Below, in pieces: positions 1-8,662 of a stretch of 64,000 nt of DNA. Positions within the stretch are counted from its first letter, which is position 1; each line of letters starts with the position of its first letter. The stretch comes from Clostridia bacterium. Lineage in GTDB: Bacteria; Bacillota; Clostridia; Christensenellales; CAG-138. The translations under genes and the position numbers were made by a program. The notes beneath the pieces were generated by a model that saw only the letters and a list, made by a program, of their open reading frames with translations, made no database searches and was not told the origin of the DNA. Where the stretch lies: NCBI GenBank assembly GCA_003246365.1, contig QKAN01000190.1:35253-99252 (forward strand), in the 5' to 3' direction.

Positions 1-401
1 AGACAAGTCTGCACCTCGAACAGCAGTCTTTCTTTTTCTCCGCGCAAGTCGAGCCAGCGATAATCCAGCCGTGTGTCGATGTTAGCTTCGTGCGTCAGCG
101 GCAGGGGAGCGGCAAGAGATTCAATTGTGATCGCGGTCGGAATCAGTTCGCGGCCGCCGAGCTTCACCTGCGGATTTTCCTGTATAGTGCCTTCAATCGA
201 AACAACCGATTCTGCGGTGAGCGTTTCGATGAGCGCGGTCCATTCGGGATGCGCGCTTTTTTCGATTGTCACCTGCATCTTTCCGCTTCTGTCGCGCACG
301 ACGAGAAACGCCATATAACGCGTGTTCCGAATATGTTCCAAAAAGCCTTGTATTAAAACGGGCTCTCCCGTTTTTGCCTGTTGTATAAAACTCCGTTTCA
401 T
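1..401 (-). CDS. aspS: Aspartate--tRNA ligase, archaeal-type (probably non-discriminating Asp/Asn); 5' part only, runs off the window start
   Basis: Not in the ORF track; manual translation from ATG at 401 gives MKRSFIQQAKTGEPVLIQGFLEHIR...FLVVRDRSGKMQV...ESVVSIEG...DTRLDYRWLDLR (OB-fold anticodon-binding domain plus RLDxRxLDLR motif of class IIb Asp/Asn synthetases); RBS AAGGAG upstream. Confidence 0.85.
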   Translation of the reverse strand, partial: MKRSFIQQAKTGEPVLIQGFLEHIRNTRYMAFLVVRDRSGKMQVTIEKSAHPEWTALIETLTAESVVSIEGTIQENPQVKLGGRELIPTAITIESLAAPLPLTHEANIDTRLDYRWLDLRGEKERLLFEVQTC

Positions 402-405
402 GTTT

Positions 406-477
406 TCATCTCCTTATTAAATTTGATTTGCGGCTGCCGGTTGCCGCGTCCTTTCCGGCATCATCCGTATGCCGCAT
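406..477 (-). CDS. Putative 23-aa small ORF MRHTDDAGKDAATGSRKSNLIRR whose end overlaps the aspS RBS
   Basis: Strong RBS AGGAGGTGA just upstream of the ATG; TGA stop 4 nt before the aspS ATG. Confidence 0.3.
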   Translation of the reverse strand: MRHTDDAGKDAATGSRKSNLIRR

Positions 478-497
478 TCGATCACCTCCTGATTGAT

Positions 498-532
498 AAA
501 ACAAAAACCGCCAGACATTTCTGCCGGACGGT
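498..532 (-). terminator. Intrinsic terminator (attenuator) in the aspS leader
   Basis: Minus strand ACCGTCCGG-CAGAAATGT-CTGGCGGT followed by TTTTGTTTT. Confidence 0.7.
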
Positions 533-624
533 AATCTATCCTTCGCAATTAAACTTAGTCAATTGCGATTCTATGTATTCCGGCCGGCGCGACAGATTCG
601 CACTCGAGCCGGAAGAATTCTGCT

Positions 625-678
625 TCAGCGGCTCAAGTGCTGTCGATCGATATCCAGAATAGCCGGATTATAACGCAC
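625..678 (-). CDS. Candidate aspS leader peptide MRYNPAILDIDRQHLSR (GTG start)
   Basis: GAGGAG 10 nt upstream of GTG; Asn4, Asp9 and Asp11 codons; overlaps the 5' arm of a long hairpin (576-661). Confidence 0.4.
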   Translation of the reverse strand: MRYNPAILDIDRQHLSR

Positions 679-710
679 AGCGGGTTTTCTCCTCATCAAA
701 GATTTTCTAC

Positions 711-739
711 AGTATAGTTCTTTCTTTTTGCCGCGTCAA
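711..739 (-). promoter_or_regulatory. SigA-type promoter for the aspS leader
   Basis: TTGACG (739-734), 17 bp spacer, TATACT (716-711). Confidence 0.8.
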
Positions 740-855
740 CATTGTTAAAACAAACAAATCATAACCGAACACAATACAGGGCATAGCTGCTGTGGTTGCC
801 GCAATAAGTGCAAGCTCTTTATGCTTTAAAAAATTCAGTAAAGAGCGATGCTTAC

Positions 856-886
856 AAAAAAGAGCTTCTTTGTCAGAAGCTCTTTT
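856..886 (-). terminator. Terminator after parB
   Basis: AAAAAAGAGCTTCT-TTGTC-AGAAGCTCTTTT inverted repeat with flanking A/T runs. Confidence 0.75.
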
Positions 887-916
887 CTATAGTTATAGAT
901 TTCTATCGAATTCAAA

Positions 917-1798
917 TCACTCTTTACCAGAGATTTTCTCAAACACGCGTTCAAGATCCTCGCGGCTGAAATATTCGATGGTGATTTTACCGCGGGTGTT
1001 GCTGCCGGCGAGGGATACCTTTGTTCCAAGCGATTCGCGGAACGATTCCTCCAGGCTAGCCAATTCAGCGGAGAGCGCCGGTTTATCTTTTTTCACAGCG
1101 GGTGCAGCTTTTTTCTTTTCGTTGAGCTGCTTGATTTTTTCTTCCAGCGCGCGAACGGAATATTGCTTTTCAACGGTCTCTTTTGCAAGCTGTTCCATCT
1201 GTCCGTTGTCGGTCAATCCCGCAAGCGTTCTTCCGTGTCCTGCGGAAAGCGTTCCGTCGCGCAGCAGGTTGATGACCGATTCCGGCAGTTGCAATAAACG
1301 AAGCGAGTTTGCAATCGCCGGACGGCTTTTGCCGAGACGGCTGGAAACTTCTTCCTGCGTCATATCGTGCTGCTTCATTAAAAAGCGGATTGCCGCAGCT
1401 TCTTCAACCGGGTTCAGGTTTTCACGCTGAATGTTTTCTATCAATGAGACTTCGTGAATTTGCGCTTCGTCATAGTCAACCGTAAGAACGGGAACTTCCG
1501 TCAACCCAGCGAGACGCGCGGCGCGGAAACGGCGTTCACCGGCGATGATCATATAACGATCGCCTTTTTTCTTAACGATTAACGGCTGCACAATACCATG
1601 TACGCGAATGGAAGCGGCAAGCTCGTTCAGAGAAGTTTCGTCAAACTGTTTTCTAGGTTGCAGTGCGTTGGTATCAATATCGCGCACATTGACGGTCAAC
1701 ACACCCGCGCCGGATTTTTCCTGTTCTTCCAGCGATCCGGAATATGGATCCAGCAACGCGTCAAGACCTCTGCCTAAACCTGATTTTACCGCAGCCAT
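917..1798 (-). CDS. parB: Chromosome partitioning protein ParB/Spo0J
   Basis: GLGRGLDAL, QPRKQFD, IIAGERRFRA, ENIQRENL and HTH motifs; overlaps the parA stop. Confidence 0.97.
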   Translation of the reverse strand: MAAVKSGLGRGLDALLDPYSGSLEEQEKSGAGVLTVNVRDIDTNALQPRKQFDETSLNELAASIRVHGIVQPLIVKKKGDRYMIIAGERRFRAARLAGLTEVPVLTVDYDEAQIHEVSLIENIQRENLNPVEEAAAIRFLMKQHDMTQEEVSSRLGKSRPAIANSLRLLQLPESVINLLRDGTLSAGHGRTLAGLTDNGQMEQLAKETVEKQYSVRALEEKIKQLNEKKKAAPAVKKDKPALSAELASLEESFRESLGTKVSLAGSNTRGKITIEYFSREDLERVFEKISGKE

Positions 1799-2562
1799 TA
1801 TTTTCCCTCCTTCTTGATCATCTCCGAAGCAAGAGAGGAGTATGCTGTCGATCCTGCGCTGTTCGGCGCATAGAGAGAAATTGGAAGACCGAAAGACGGC
1901 GCTTCACCGAGGCGTACGCTTCTTGGAATAATCGTATCGTAAACTTTGTTTTTAAAGAATTTTTTCACTTCTTCTACAACCTGTTGCGAAAGATTCGTAC
2001 GGGAATCAAACATAGTTAACACAACGCCCTCGACATCCAAATCCGGATTCAAGCTCTTTCTGACCAGTTTTACCGTGTTCATCAGAAGGCTAAGTCCTTC
2101 TAGCGCGTAAAATTCGCACTGAATCGGAACCAGAAGTGTATTGGCCGCAGTCAAAGCGTTGAGCGTCAGCAAACCGAGAGACGGGGGACAATCGATAAAA
2201 ACATAGTCATATTCCGCCTTTGTCGCGTTCAACGCACGTTTGAGAACCTGTTCGCGCGCCATCATATTGACCAGTTCAACTTCTGCGCCGGCAAGAGAAA
2301 TATGCGCGGGAAGAAGTTTTAATGTCGGAATCATCGTGTCTTTTGTTGCTTCGTCAACGGAAACATCATTGATAAGAACATCATAGATGGACTTGATGTC
2401 TCCTTCTTTTTTTACGCCAAGACCGCTTGTGCTGTTACCCTGCGGATCTGCGTCTACAATCAGAACACGCTTTCCCTGTTCTGCGAGGCATGCGCTGAGG
2501 TTGACGGTTGTGGTGGTTTTTCCGACGCCGCCTTTTTGATTGGCTACCGCAACGATTTTCAT
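1798..2562 (-). CDS. parA: ParA/Soj ATPase
   Basis: NQKGGVGKTTT, DADPQGN, DCPPSLG, QCEFYALEG. Confidence 0.97.
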   Translation of the reverse strand: MKIVAVANQKGGVGKTTTTVNLSACLAEQGKRVLIVDADPQGNSTSGLGVKKEGDIKSIYDVLINDVSVDEATKDTMIPTLKLLPAHISLAGAEVELVNMMAREQVLKRALNATKAEYDYVFIDCPPSLGLLTLNALTAANTLLVPIQCEFYALEGLSLLMNTVKLVRKSLNPDLDVEGVVLTMFDSRTNLSQQVVEEVKKFFKNKVYDTIIPRSVRLGEAPSFGLPISLYAPNSAGSTAYSSLASEMIKKEGK

Positions 2563-2633
2563 AATCGATTGAGTCCTCCGATTCCAATTTTGAAATTTAT
2601 GAAAAGAGAAATTCTCTTTTTACCGCTAACGCC

Positions 2634-2662
2634 ATTCTAGCAGAATCAGCAATACGATTCAA
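2634..2662 (-). promoter_or_regulatory. SigA-type promoter of parAB
   Basis: TTGAAT, 17 bp spacer, TAGAAT with TG extension. Confidence 0.65.
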
Positions 2663-2678
2663 TGTTTCACGTGAAACA
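2663..2678. promoter_or_regulatory. parS: parS site 1
   Basis: TGTTTCACGTGAAACA, perfect consensus palindrome. Confidence 0.97.
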
Positions 2679-2754
2679 TTCATTCTCCGGAACAGTATTT
2701 AACAAAATTGACATTAATGAATATAGATAAAATGATTTGTCTTGATTTGAGTAA

Positions 2755-2770
2755 TGTTCCACGTGAAACA
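2755..2770. promoter_or_regulatory. parS: parS site 2
   Basis: TGTTCCACGTGAAACA. Confidence 0.95.
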
Positions 2771-2820
2771 TTTATAATGATACGAAACACGTCATATTTA
2801 ATATATCTCACTTTTAATAT

Positions 2821-2836
2821 TGTTTCACGTGAAACA
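2821..2836. promoter_or_regulatory. parS: parS site 3
   Basis: TGTTTCACGTGAAACA. Confidence 0.97.
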
Positions 2837-2858
2837 TAGTTTTAAATTAATCAAAGTT

Positions 2859-2890
2859 AAAAAAGAGACGCTTTCACGTCTCTTAAAAAA
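2859..2890 (-). terminator. Terminator after dnaN
   Basis: AAGAGACG-CTTTCA-CGTCTCTT stem with a T-run on the minus strand. Confidence 0.7.
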
Positions 2891-2907
2891 GTTTATATAA
2901 CGCCTTT

Positions 2908-4011
2908 TTAGTAATTCGAGTAAATGCGGACAGGAACGATTAAATAATAGTAACCTTCTGTTGTAGAGGGGCGAATGACACACGGGCTGATGCTCGTGGT
3001 GAAATCCATATATATCTTTTCATCAGGGATATTCTTTAATACATTGATGCAGAATCTTGGATTGAACGCAATGTCGATATCCTCGCCATTGATTTGAACA
3101 TCCATCTCTTCGTTGATTTTTCCGACGAAGCTGTTCGCGGTAATCGTCAATTTATTATCATGAAATTTCATGACGATATTATTATTTCCTTCCCGCGCCA
3201 TCAACTGCGCGCGGTCAATGCTTTCCATTAATTCGCATTTATCAATCATAACGCGCGTCGTATGATCTTTCGGTAAGATGTTTTTATACTTAATATAATC
3301 GCCGTCGAGTAACCGCGCGACAAGACGCGAATGTTTGATGTTCACACAGACATGCGTTTTTGTAAACGTAAGCTCTACATCTTCTTCCGTTTCGTCCATC
3401 ATGCGAGAAATCTCAACCATAGATTTTCCAGGTATAACGACGTTTCTTTCCGGAATCGGATTTTTCAACGGCATGGAACGTTTTGCAAACTGAAACGCAT
3501 CCGTCGCAACAATGGTTATCTCATCGCCGAGTTCCATCAATACGCCGGTCAGAATCGGTTTGCTGTCATCCTGCGCTGTTGCAAAAACGGTTGTGTTGAT
3601 CATATCACGGCAATCGTTGTGATCCATCTTTACCGTGAATGTTTCTCCCGTAAAACGCATCTCAGGAAACTCTTCCGTTGTTTCAACGCATTGCAGGCTG
3701 CTCTTTGCTCTGCCGCACGAAATATCCAGAGATTTTCCTGTCAGCGTCACTTCTGCTATTGATTCCGGCAGCTTTCTGACGATTTCAGAAAATAGTTTAC
3801 CAGGAACGATTGCAAAGCCTTCTTCTTCTATTGTCGCAGGAAGAATACATTCCTTCTGCAACATTAAATCCGAACACTTGAGTTTTACGCCTTCCTGAGT
3901 CGCTTCCAGATAAACGCCTTCCAAAATAGGCATTGTTGTGCGTACAGGAAGCGCCTTGATCACAGAAAGGACGCCTTCAGTTAATTCTTTCGAGTCAATG
4001 TAAAAATGCAT
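2908..4011 (-). CDS. dnaN: DNA polymerase III beta sliding clamp
   Basis: 367 aa; PILEGV, ATAQDDSKPILTGV, ATDA, ARLLDGDY, IAFNPRF, YLIVPVR; downstream of dnaA. Confidence 0.97.
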   Translation of the reverse strand: MHFYIDSKELTEGVLSVIKALPVRTTMPILEGVYLEATQEGVKLKCSDLMLQKECILPATIEEEGFAIVPGKLFSEIVRKLPESIAEVTLTGKSLDISCGRAKSSLQCVETTEEFPEMRFTGETFTVKMDHNDCRDMINTTVFATAQDDSKPILTGVLMELGDEITIVATDAFQFAKRSMPLKNPIPERNVVIPGKSMVEISRMMDETEEDVELTFTKTHVCVNIKHSRLVARLLDGDYIKYKNILPKDHTTRVMIDKCELMESIDRAQLMAREGNNNIVMKFHDNKLTITANSFVGKINEEMDVQINGEDIDIAFNPRFCINVLKNIPDEKIYMDFTTSISPCVIRPSTTEGYYYLIVPVRIYSNY

Positions 4012-4404
4012 AGTTGTCTTCCTTTCTCAGTGTTCGGCATATTTGAAAATCGCTTCATATTATTAGTAAGCTTATTTATTATTGTGGCTTTAAATTTAAA
4101 ACCAAGCTTTTATTTTCTGAAACATATTATATGCGCTCGACTACACGGTTGGTGTAAATACGTTATCCACAGAAATTTGCTTTTTAGAGCGTTAATTATA
4201 TTTAGTAAAATAGAAGTAGAAGTAGTAGTGTGGTGCGAGTCGTGTGGATAATCCGAAAAAGCCGCAATACGAAACGATTTTACCGGTGGAAACTTTTGTG
4301 GAGAACGAACGCCGGTTTTCCAACGTTTTCCACACAGTCCATAGAATCCACGCAATCCACATCGCGTCCACAAAACGCATCCACAAAATGTGGATAAAAA
4401 AGGA
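4012..4404. other. oriC: Chromosomal replication origin oriC (dnaA-dnaN intergenic)
   Basis: Perfect DnaA boxes at 4163-4171, 4243-4251 and 4389-4397; TTTTCCACA at 4326-4334; TGTGGAGAA at 4297-4305; several degenerate xxTCCAC boxes 4338-4385; DnaA-trios TAG AAG TAG AAG TAG TAG at 4211-4228 next to an AT-rich tract (~4192-4210). Confidence 0.93.
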
Positions 4405-5715
4405 TTACATCATCCTCTTTTTTATATCCTCGATCACAGAGGAAAATGAGTTGTCCGATTCGATCATTTCATCAACGCGTTTACAGGCGTTGATGGCTGT
4501 CGTATGGTCGTTTTTATCGAACAGGGTACTGATTCTTTTATAAGGAATGCTCAGCATATCGTGGCACAGATACATAGCAACCTGGCGGGGGAGTACAATT
4601 TCGCGGTCGCGCCGTTCGGAAAGCAGACTTTCGACCGGTATGGAATAATATTCCGCGACGGTGCTTTTGATGATCTGCGGCGTTACTTCCTTTTTCTTAA
4701 CGTCCGGCAAGAGATCGCGCAGGGCCTCGATGGTCAATTCCAGCGTCAACGGCCGGCGACGCAGCTGCGAATAGGCAACGACGCGCGTTAAAGATCCTTC
4801 GAGTTCACGAATATTGCTTACCACATGCTCCGCGATAAACTGTATGATTTCGTCGTCGACGTCCAGATTGTCAAGCCGTGCACGGTTGCGCAAAATGGCG
4901 ATTCGTGTTTCAATGTCCGGCGGCTGAATGTCCGCAATCAAACCCCATTCGAAACGGGAACGCAAACGTTCTTCCAAACTGGATATTTCCTTCGGCGGAC
5001 GATCGGAACTGATGATAATCTGTTTGTTGGCATTATGCAGTGTGTTAAAGGTGTTGAAAAACTCCTCCTGAACAGACTGCTTTTTCGCGATGAACTGCAC
5101 GTCGTCGATCAGAAGCACGTCTACGTTGCGATAACGCTTGCGAAACTCCAAACGTTTATCCATCTGAATTGCGGTGATGAGTTCGTTGGTAAATGTTTCG
5201 CTGGTCACATACATAACCCGCGCGGAAGGATCGTTTCCTTTTACTGCGTGTCCAATGGCGTGCATTAAATGCGTTTTGCCCAAACCGACGCCGCCGTAGA
5301 GGAACAGCGGGTTATAGGCCGCAGCCGGATTCTGCGCAACAGCAAGCGCCGCCGCGTGCGCAAAATGGTTTGATCCGCCGACAACGAACGTTTCGAATGT
5401 ATACTTCGGATTCAACGCAAATACATTGATGGGTTCCGAACTGATGGGATTGATATAGATATCCCGATCTTCCGGCAGAATAATCTTGATGTCCGCAATG
5501 GTTTCGTTCGCGGCCTTGACCGCGTCCCGCAGATTTTCAAAATAAAAATCTTCCAGTGTCTTTTGAATGTCCGGTGAAGGAGCCTCCAGAACCATGATAT
5601 CTTTCTGAAGCGCGATGGGTACGATCACGTCGATCCAGGCGTGAAACGACAGCCCCGTCATCTGAGGACGGATATTTTCTCGAGCCGCCGCCCAAATCGA
5701 TTGTAGTTGATCCAT
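4405..5715 (-). CDS. dnaA: Chromosomal replication initiator DnaA
   Basis: LNPKYTFETFV, YNPLFLYGGVGLGKTHL, LLIDDVQF, RLRSRFEWG, NIRELEG, RQVAMYL, DHTT. Confidence 0.99.
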   Translation of the reverse strand: MDQLQSIWAAARENIRPQMTGLSFHAWIDVIVPIALQKDIMVLEAPSPDIQKTLEDFYFENLRDAVKAANETIADIKIILPEDRDIYINPISSEPINVFALNPKYTFETFVVGGSNHFAHAAALAVAQNPAAAYNPLFLYGGVGLGKTHLMHAIGHAVKGNDPSARVMYVTSETFTNELITAIQMDKRLEFRKRYRNVDVLLIDDVQFIAKKQSVQEEFFNTFNTLHNANKQIIISSDRPPKEISSLEERLRSRFEWGLIADIQPPDIETRIAILRNRARLDNLDVDDEIIQFIAEHVVSNIRELEGSLTRVVAYSQLRRRPLTLELTIEALRDLLPDVKKKEVTPQIIKSTVAEYYSIPVESLLSERRDREIVLPRQVAMYLCHDMLSIPYKRISTLFDKNDHTTAINACKRVDEMIESDNSFSSVIEDIKKRMM

Positions 5716-5742
5716 AGTGACATACCCCCTATATTACCCATC

Positions 5743-5771
5743 ATCATAGCAAAAATCCGGTCAATTTACAA
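5743..5771 (-). promoter_or_regulatory. Putative dnaA promoter
   Basis: TTGTAA, 17 bp spacer, TATGAT with TG extension. Confidence 0.55.
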
Positions 5772-6114
5772 GCCGCCGTTCGGGTTGGTTCAGTTGGCAG
5801 AAAGACAACGAAACAAGTGCTTGAAACGCGTTGGTCACGTATCAGATCGCGAAGGAAAAAACCGTATAATGGTATGTCTTATGCAGTTGAAGCGGCAAAT
5901 GCTTCCTTTTTTCGGGGAAAACACGGAAAATGAATTTTACGTGAACAATTGGTTTTTTTGCGCGATTTTAGACGTTTTGGACAAGAAACGAAAATGTGAA
6001 ATCTGATAAAACAAATAATTAGCGTAAATACGAGCCTTTTTCCCCACAAAACGCGAAAAAAAGCTGAAAATACGAGTGAATGGGTTAACAATCTGTGACA
6101 AACAGCCCGTTTGA

Positions 6115-6143
6115 TTGCAAACCAACTTTTCAGGGTTTAAAAT
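6115..6143 (+). promoter_or_regulatory. Putative promoter of the hydrolase-DUF951-lepB-lepB operon
   Basis: TTGCAA, 17 bp spacer, TAAAAT. Confidence 0.6.
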
Positions 6144-6172
6144 AAAGAAAGAATATAGTAATCGGGGGAAGT

Positions 6173-7114
6173 TTGCCCGTGGGAGAATCGCTGCGCAGTC
6201 AGTTGTTCATAAACTCCGAAAAAGTGGGGGATTTCGTCGAAATCACCTTGCCTGCGCTCGGGGAGGATGAGGAATCCGAAATTGCGCGCATACACTATCT
6301 GGAAGCCGGCGTTGGCGAGCCGCTTTTATTGATCCATTCGCTGGGACAGTCTTTGTACACCTGGCGAAATGTCTTTGCTGAACTCTCGGATAATTACCGC
6401 GTCATTGCCATCGATTTACCCGGACACGGGTATTCGTCCCGGCCGGATACGTTTAGTTATACTGCGGATGATTTCGCATTTCTGTTCAATGCGTTTTTAG
6501 ATGCGCTCAACATCAAGTCCTCGCATATCGTTGGGTTTTCCATCGGTGCGATGTATATGTTGCGCTTCCTTTCGCTTTATCCGAAACGCGTTGCCAACTG
6601 TGTTGCAATTTCGCCCGGCGGAATTACGGAACAGATGCCGCAGCTCATCCACAACATGACCAAGCCTGTGGTTGCAACGTTCGCGCGGAACCTCTATACG
6701 GCAAACGACGTTCGGAAACTGCTGACGGAATGCGTCACGGATCCGGTGTTGATCGACGATTATGTAGTGCGCCAATATTATGAGCCGATTTCGGACGGAC
6801 TCGCCAGAGAGGCGCTGATGTATGCGCTTCGCAACTATGATCAGGAGCGCATTGCCGAGGGGCTGCTTCCCGTCGAGCATGAGGTCCTGGTTCTTTGGGG
6901 TAAAAACGACCGTTGGCATCCGCCTTCGGGCAGCGTATATTTCCAGAGCATCCTCCGCGCCGGACGGTATTATCTCGTGCGGAACGCCGGGCATCTCCTG
7001 CAGGAAGAAGCGCCGGTCAAACTGCTGGAAATCATATACAGCTATATCCCGCCGGCTGTGCCGAGTTACGACGTTTATCGCTACACGCAGAACCTTGCGG
7101 AAGATACGGAATGA
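6173..7114 (+). CDS. Alpha/beta hydrolase
   Basis: PLLLIHS, IDLPGHGYS, nucleophile elbow GFSIG, WGKND, AGH. Confidence 0.9.
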   Translation: MPVGESLRSQLFINSEKVGDFVEITLPALGEDEESEIARIHYLEAGVGEPLLLIHSLGQSLYTWRNVFAELSDNYRVIAIDLPGHGYSSRPDTFSYTADDFAFLFNAFLDALNIKSSHIVGFSIGAMYMLRFLSLYPKRVANCVAISPGGITEQMPQLIHNMTKPVVATFARNLYTANDVRKLLTECVTDPVLIDDYVVRQYYEPISDGLAREALMYALRNYDQERIAEGLLPVEHEVLVLWGKNDRWHPPSGSVYFQSILRAGRYYLVRNAGHLLQEEAPVKLLEIIYSYIPPAVPSYDVYRYTQNLAEDTE

Positions 7115-7317
7115 TTACGGATTTTGCCTTGGGTGATGTGGTGCTCATGAAAAAACCGCACGCCTGCGGCGCCAACGAATGGACGATTATCCGCGTTGGC
7201 GCAGACGTAAAAATCAAATGCAACCAATGCGGGCGCATCGTGATGCTCGACCGGCCGGATTTTATACGTATGGGCAAAAAAATACTGATAAGACAGGAAC
7301 AACCGAGTGAAGCGTAG
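7111..7317 (+). CDS. DUF951 (YyzM-like) small protein
   Basis: From ATG 7111: GDVVLMKKPHACGANEWTIIRVGADVKIKCNQCGR. Confidence 0.9.
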   Translation: MITDFALGDVVLMKKPHACGANEWTIIRVGADVKIKCNQCGRIVMLDRPDFIRMGKKILIRQEQPSEA

Positions 7318-7918
7318 AACATTTACGCCCAGCCAGATACGTTTTCTGCGCGACCGCGCCGAAGAACAATATGAAAACATGAACGGCTCCCGTTCCTTTC
7401 GGAATCTGGAGTTTTTGTTATACATTGCCGTCGTTGTGTTAACCGCGCTCGCCATTCGTTCGTTTATTGCCGAACCCATCCGCGTAGACGGGGATTCGAT
7501 GATACCGACGCTTGTGCATAACGAAGACATGTTCGTTGAAAAGGTAAGCTACTGGGTTCAGGAGCCGGAGCGCGGCGACATCGTAATTTGCTTTTATCCC
7601 GGCTACACCGAGAGCTGCGTGAAGCGCGTAATCGGTCTGCCCGGCGAAACGGTGCAGGTGCTAAACGGCGTGGTTTTGATCAACGGCGTAGAAATTGACG
7701 AAAGCGCATATTGGAACGGCGAGATCCTAGGAAACACAAATCCCGTTACAGTGGGCGAAAAGGAGCTGTTTGTCATGGGCGACAACCGCAACGGCAGCAA
7801 GGACAGCCGGAATTCATCCGTCGGCTGTATTCCGTATGCTAAAGTTGTCGGTCGCGTCATCGCCGTCGTATTTCCGTTTGACGAGTTTGAAACATTTTCC
7901 AAGGTGACGTATCCTTGA
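7307..7918 (+). CDS. lepB: Signal peptidase I (copy 1)
   Basis: TM helix, GDSMIPTL (Ser), VKRVIGLPG (Lys), GDNRNGSKDSR. Confidence 0.93.
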   Translation: MKRRTFTPSQIRFLRDRAEEQYENMNGSRSFRNLEFLLYIAVVVLTALAIRSFIAEPIRVDGDSMIPTLVHNEDMFVEKVSYWVQEPERGDIVICFYPGYTESCVKRVIGLPGETVQVLNGVVLINGVEIDESAYWNGEILGNTNPVTVGEKELFVMGDNRNGSKDSRNSSVGCIPYAKVVGRVIAVVFPFDEFETFSKVTYP

Positions 7919-8469
7919 GCGAAGGACGCAAACGCCGCCGCAGCGAAGGGCGCGCGCGAATTTATAGAAACGCCAGGCGACTCGGATGGCTGTTTTCCGT
8001 GCTGGTTACGCTATCCGTCCTCAGCCTCGTTTTTTTTATCTGGCTGATTCCTACCAGTATTTCCGACGAAAGCATGGCTCCCGCGCTCACAAGCGGGGAG
8101 GCGGTGCTTTGCGACCGGCTTTCGCGCTTCGTGCGCATGCCGGAGCGCGGCGATATCGTTCTGTTTCAAACCGAGGACGGACTCTTTATCAAGCGCATTG
8201 TCGGTATGCCCGGCGAAACGGTTGAACTGGTAGACGGGCACGTGTTTATCAACAGCATTCCGCTCGACGAAAGCAGTTATACGGTCAACTATGTCGGGGA
8301 TATGGAACCCGTTGATGTACCTGCGGGTTGCGTGTTCGTGCTCGGCGACAATCGCGAAGAAATGTACGACAGTCGTTTGGATTCGGTCGGATGCATTCCG
8401 TTTGACCGCATCGAGGGGTTGTTGCGCCTGCGTGTTTCGCCCTTCAGCCGCATCACTTACTTTTCTTAA
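7915..8469 (+). CDS. lepB: Signal peptidase I (copy 2)
   Basis: TM helix, ESMAPAL, IKRIVGMPG, GDNREEMYDSR. Confidence 0.9.
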   Translation: MSEGRKRRRSEGRARIYRNARRLGWLFSVLVTLSVLSLVFFIWLIPTSISDESMAPALTSGEAVLCDRLSRFVRMPERGDIVLFQTEDGLFIKRIVGMPGETVELVDGHVFINSIPLDESSYTVNYVGDMEPVDVPAGCVFVLGDNREEMYDSRLDSVGCIPFDRIEGLLRLRVSPFSRITYFS

Positions 8470-8662
8470 AAGAAAAGTAAGCAAAAGAACTTCTCAAAAA
8501 AATTTTGTTAAAATGTTCGTAAAGTCAACATCTAATTATTCTATAAAAAGAATTACATCTAACAATTATGACTTCTCGATTCAGAGAAGTTTTTTGTTGC
8601 AATAGTACATGATTCCAATATAATAAAACAAACATCAGAAAGAATGGGTTGAGGCGAAACAT

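Noticed and set aside
498-704. T-box or 6S RNA interpretation of the aspS leader
   Set aside because: No T-box consensus or stem-I signature; the 5' and 3' ends pair only weakly, unlike 6S. An Rfam scan is still needed to exclude these formally
4338-4397. Short repeated TCCAC units as a CRISPR or tandem repeat
   Set aside because: They are degenerate DnaA boxes in oriC; no repeat-spacer structure or cas genes anywhere in the window
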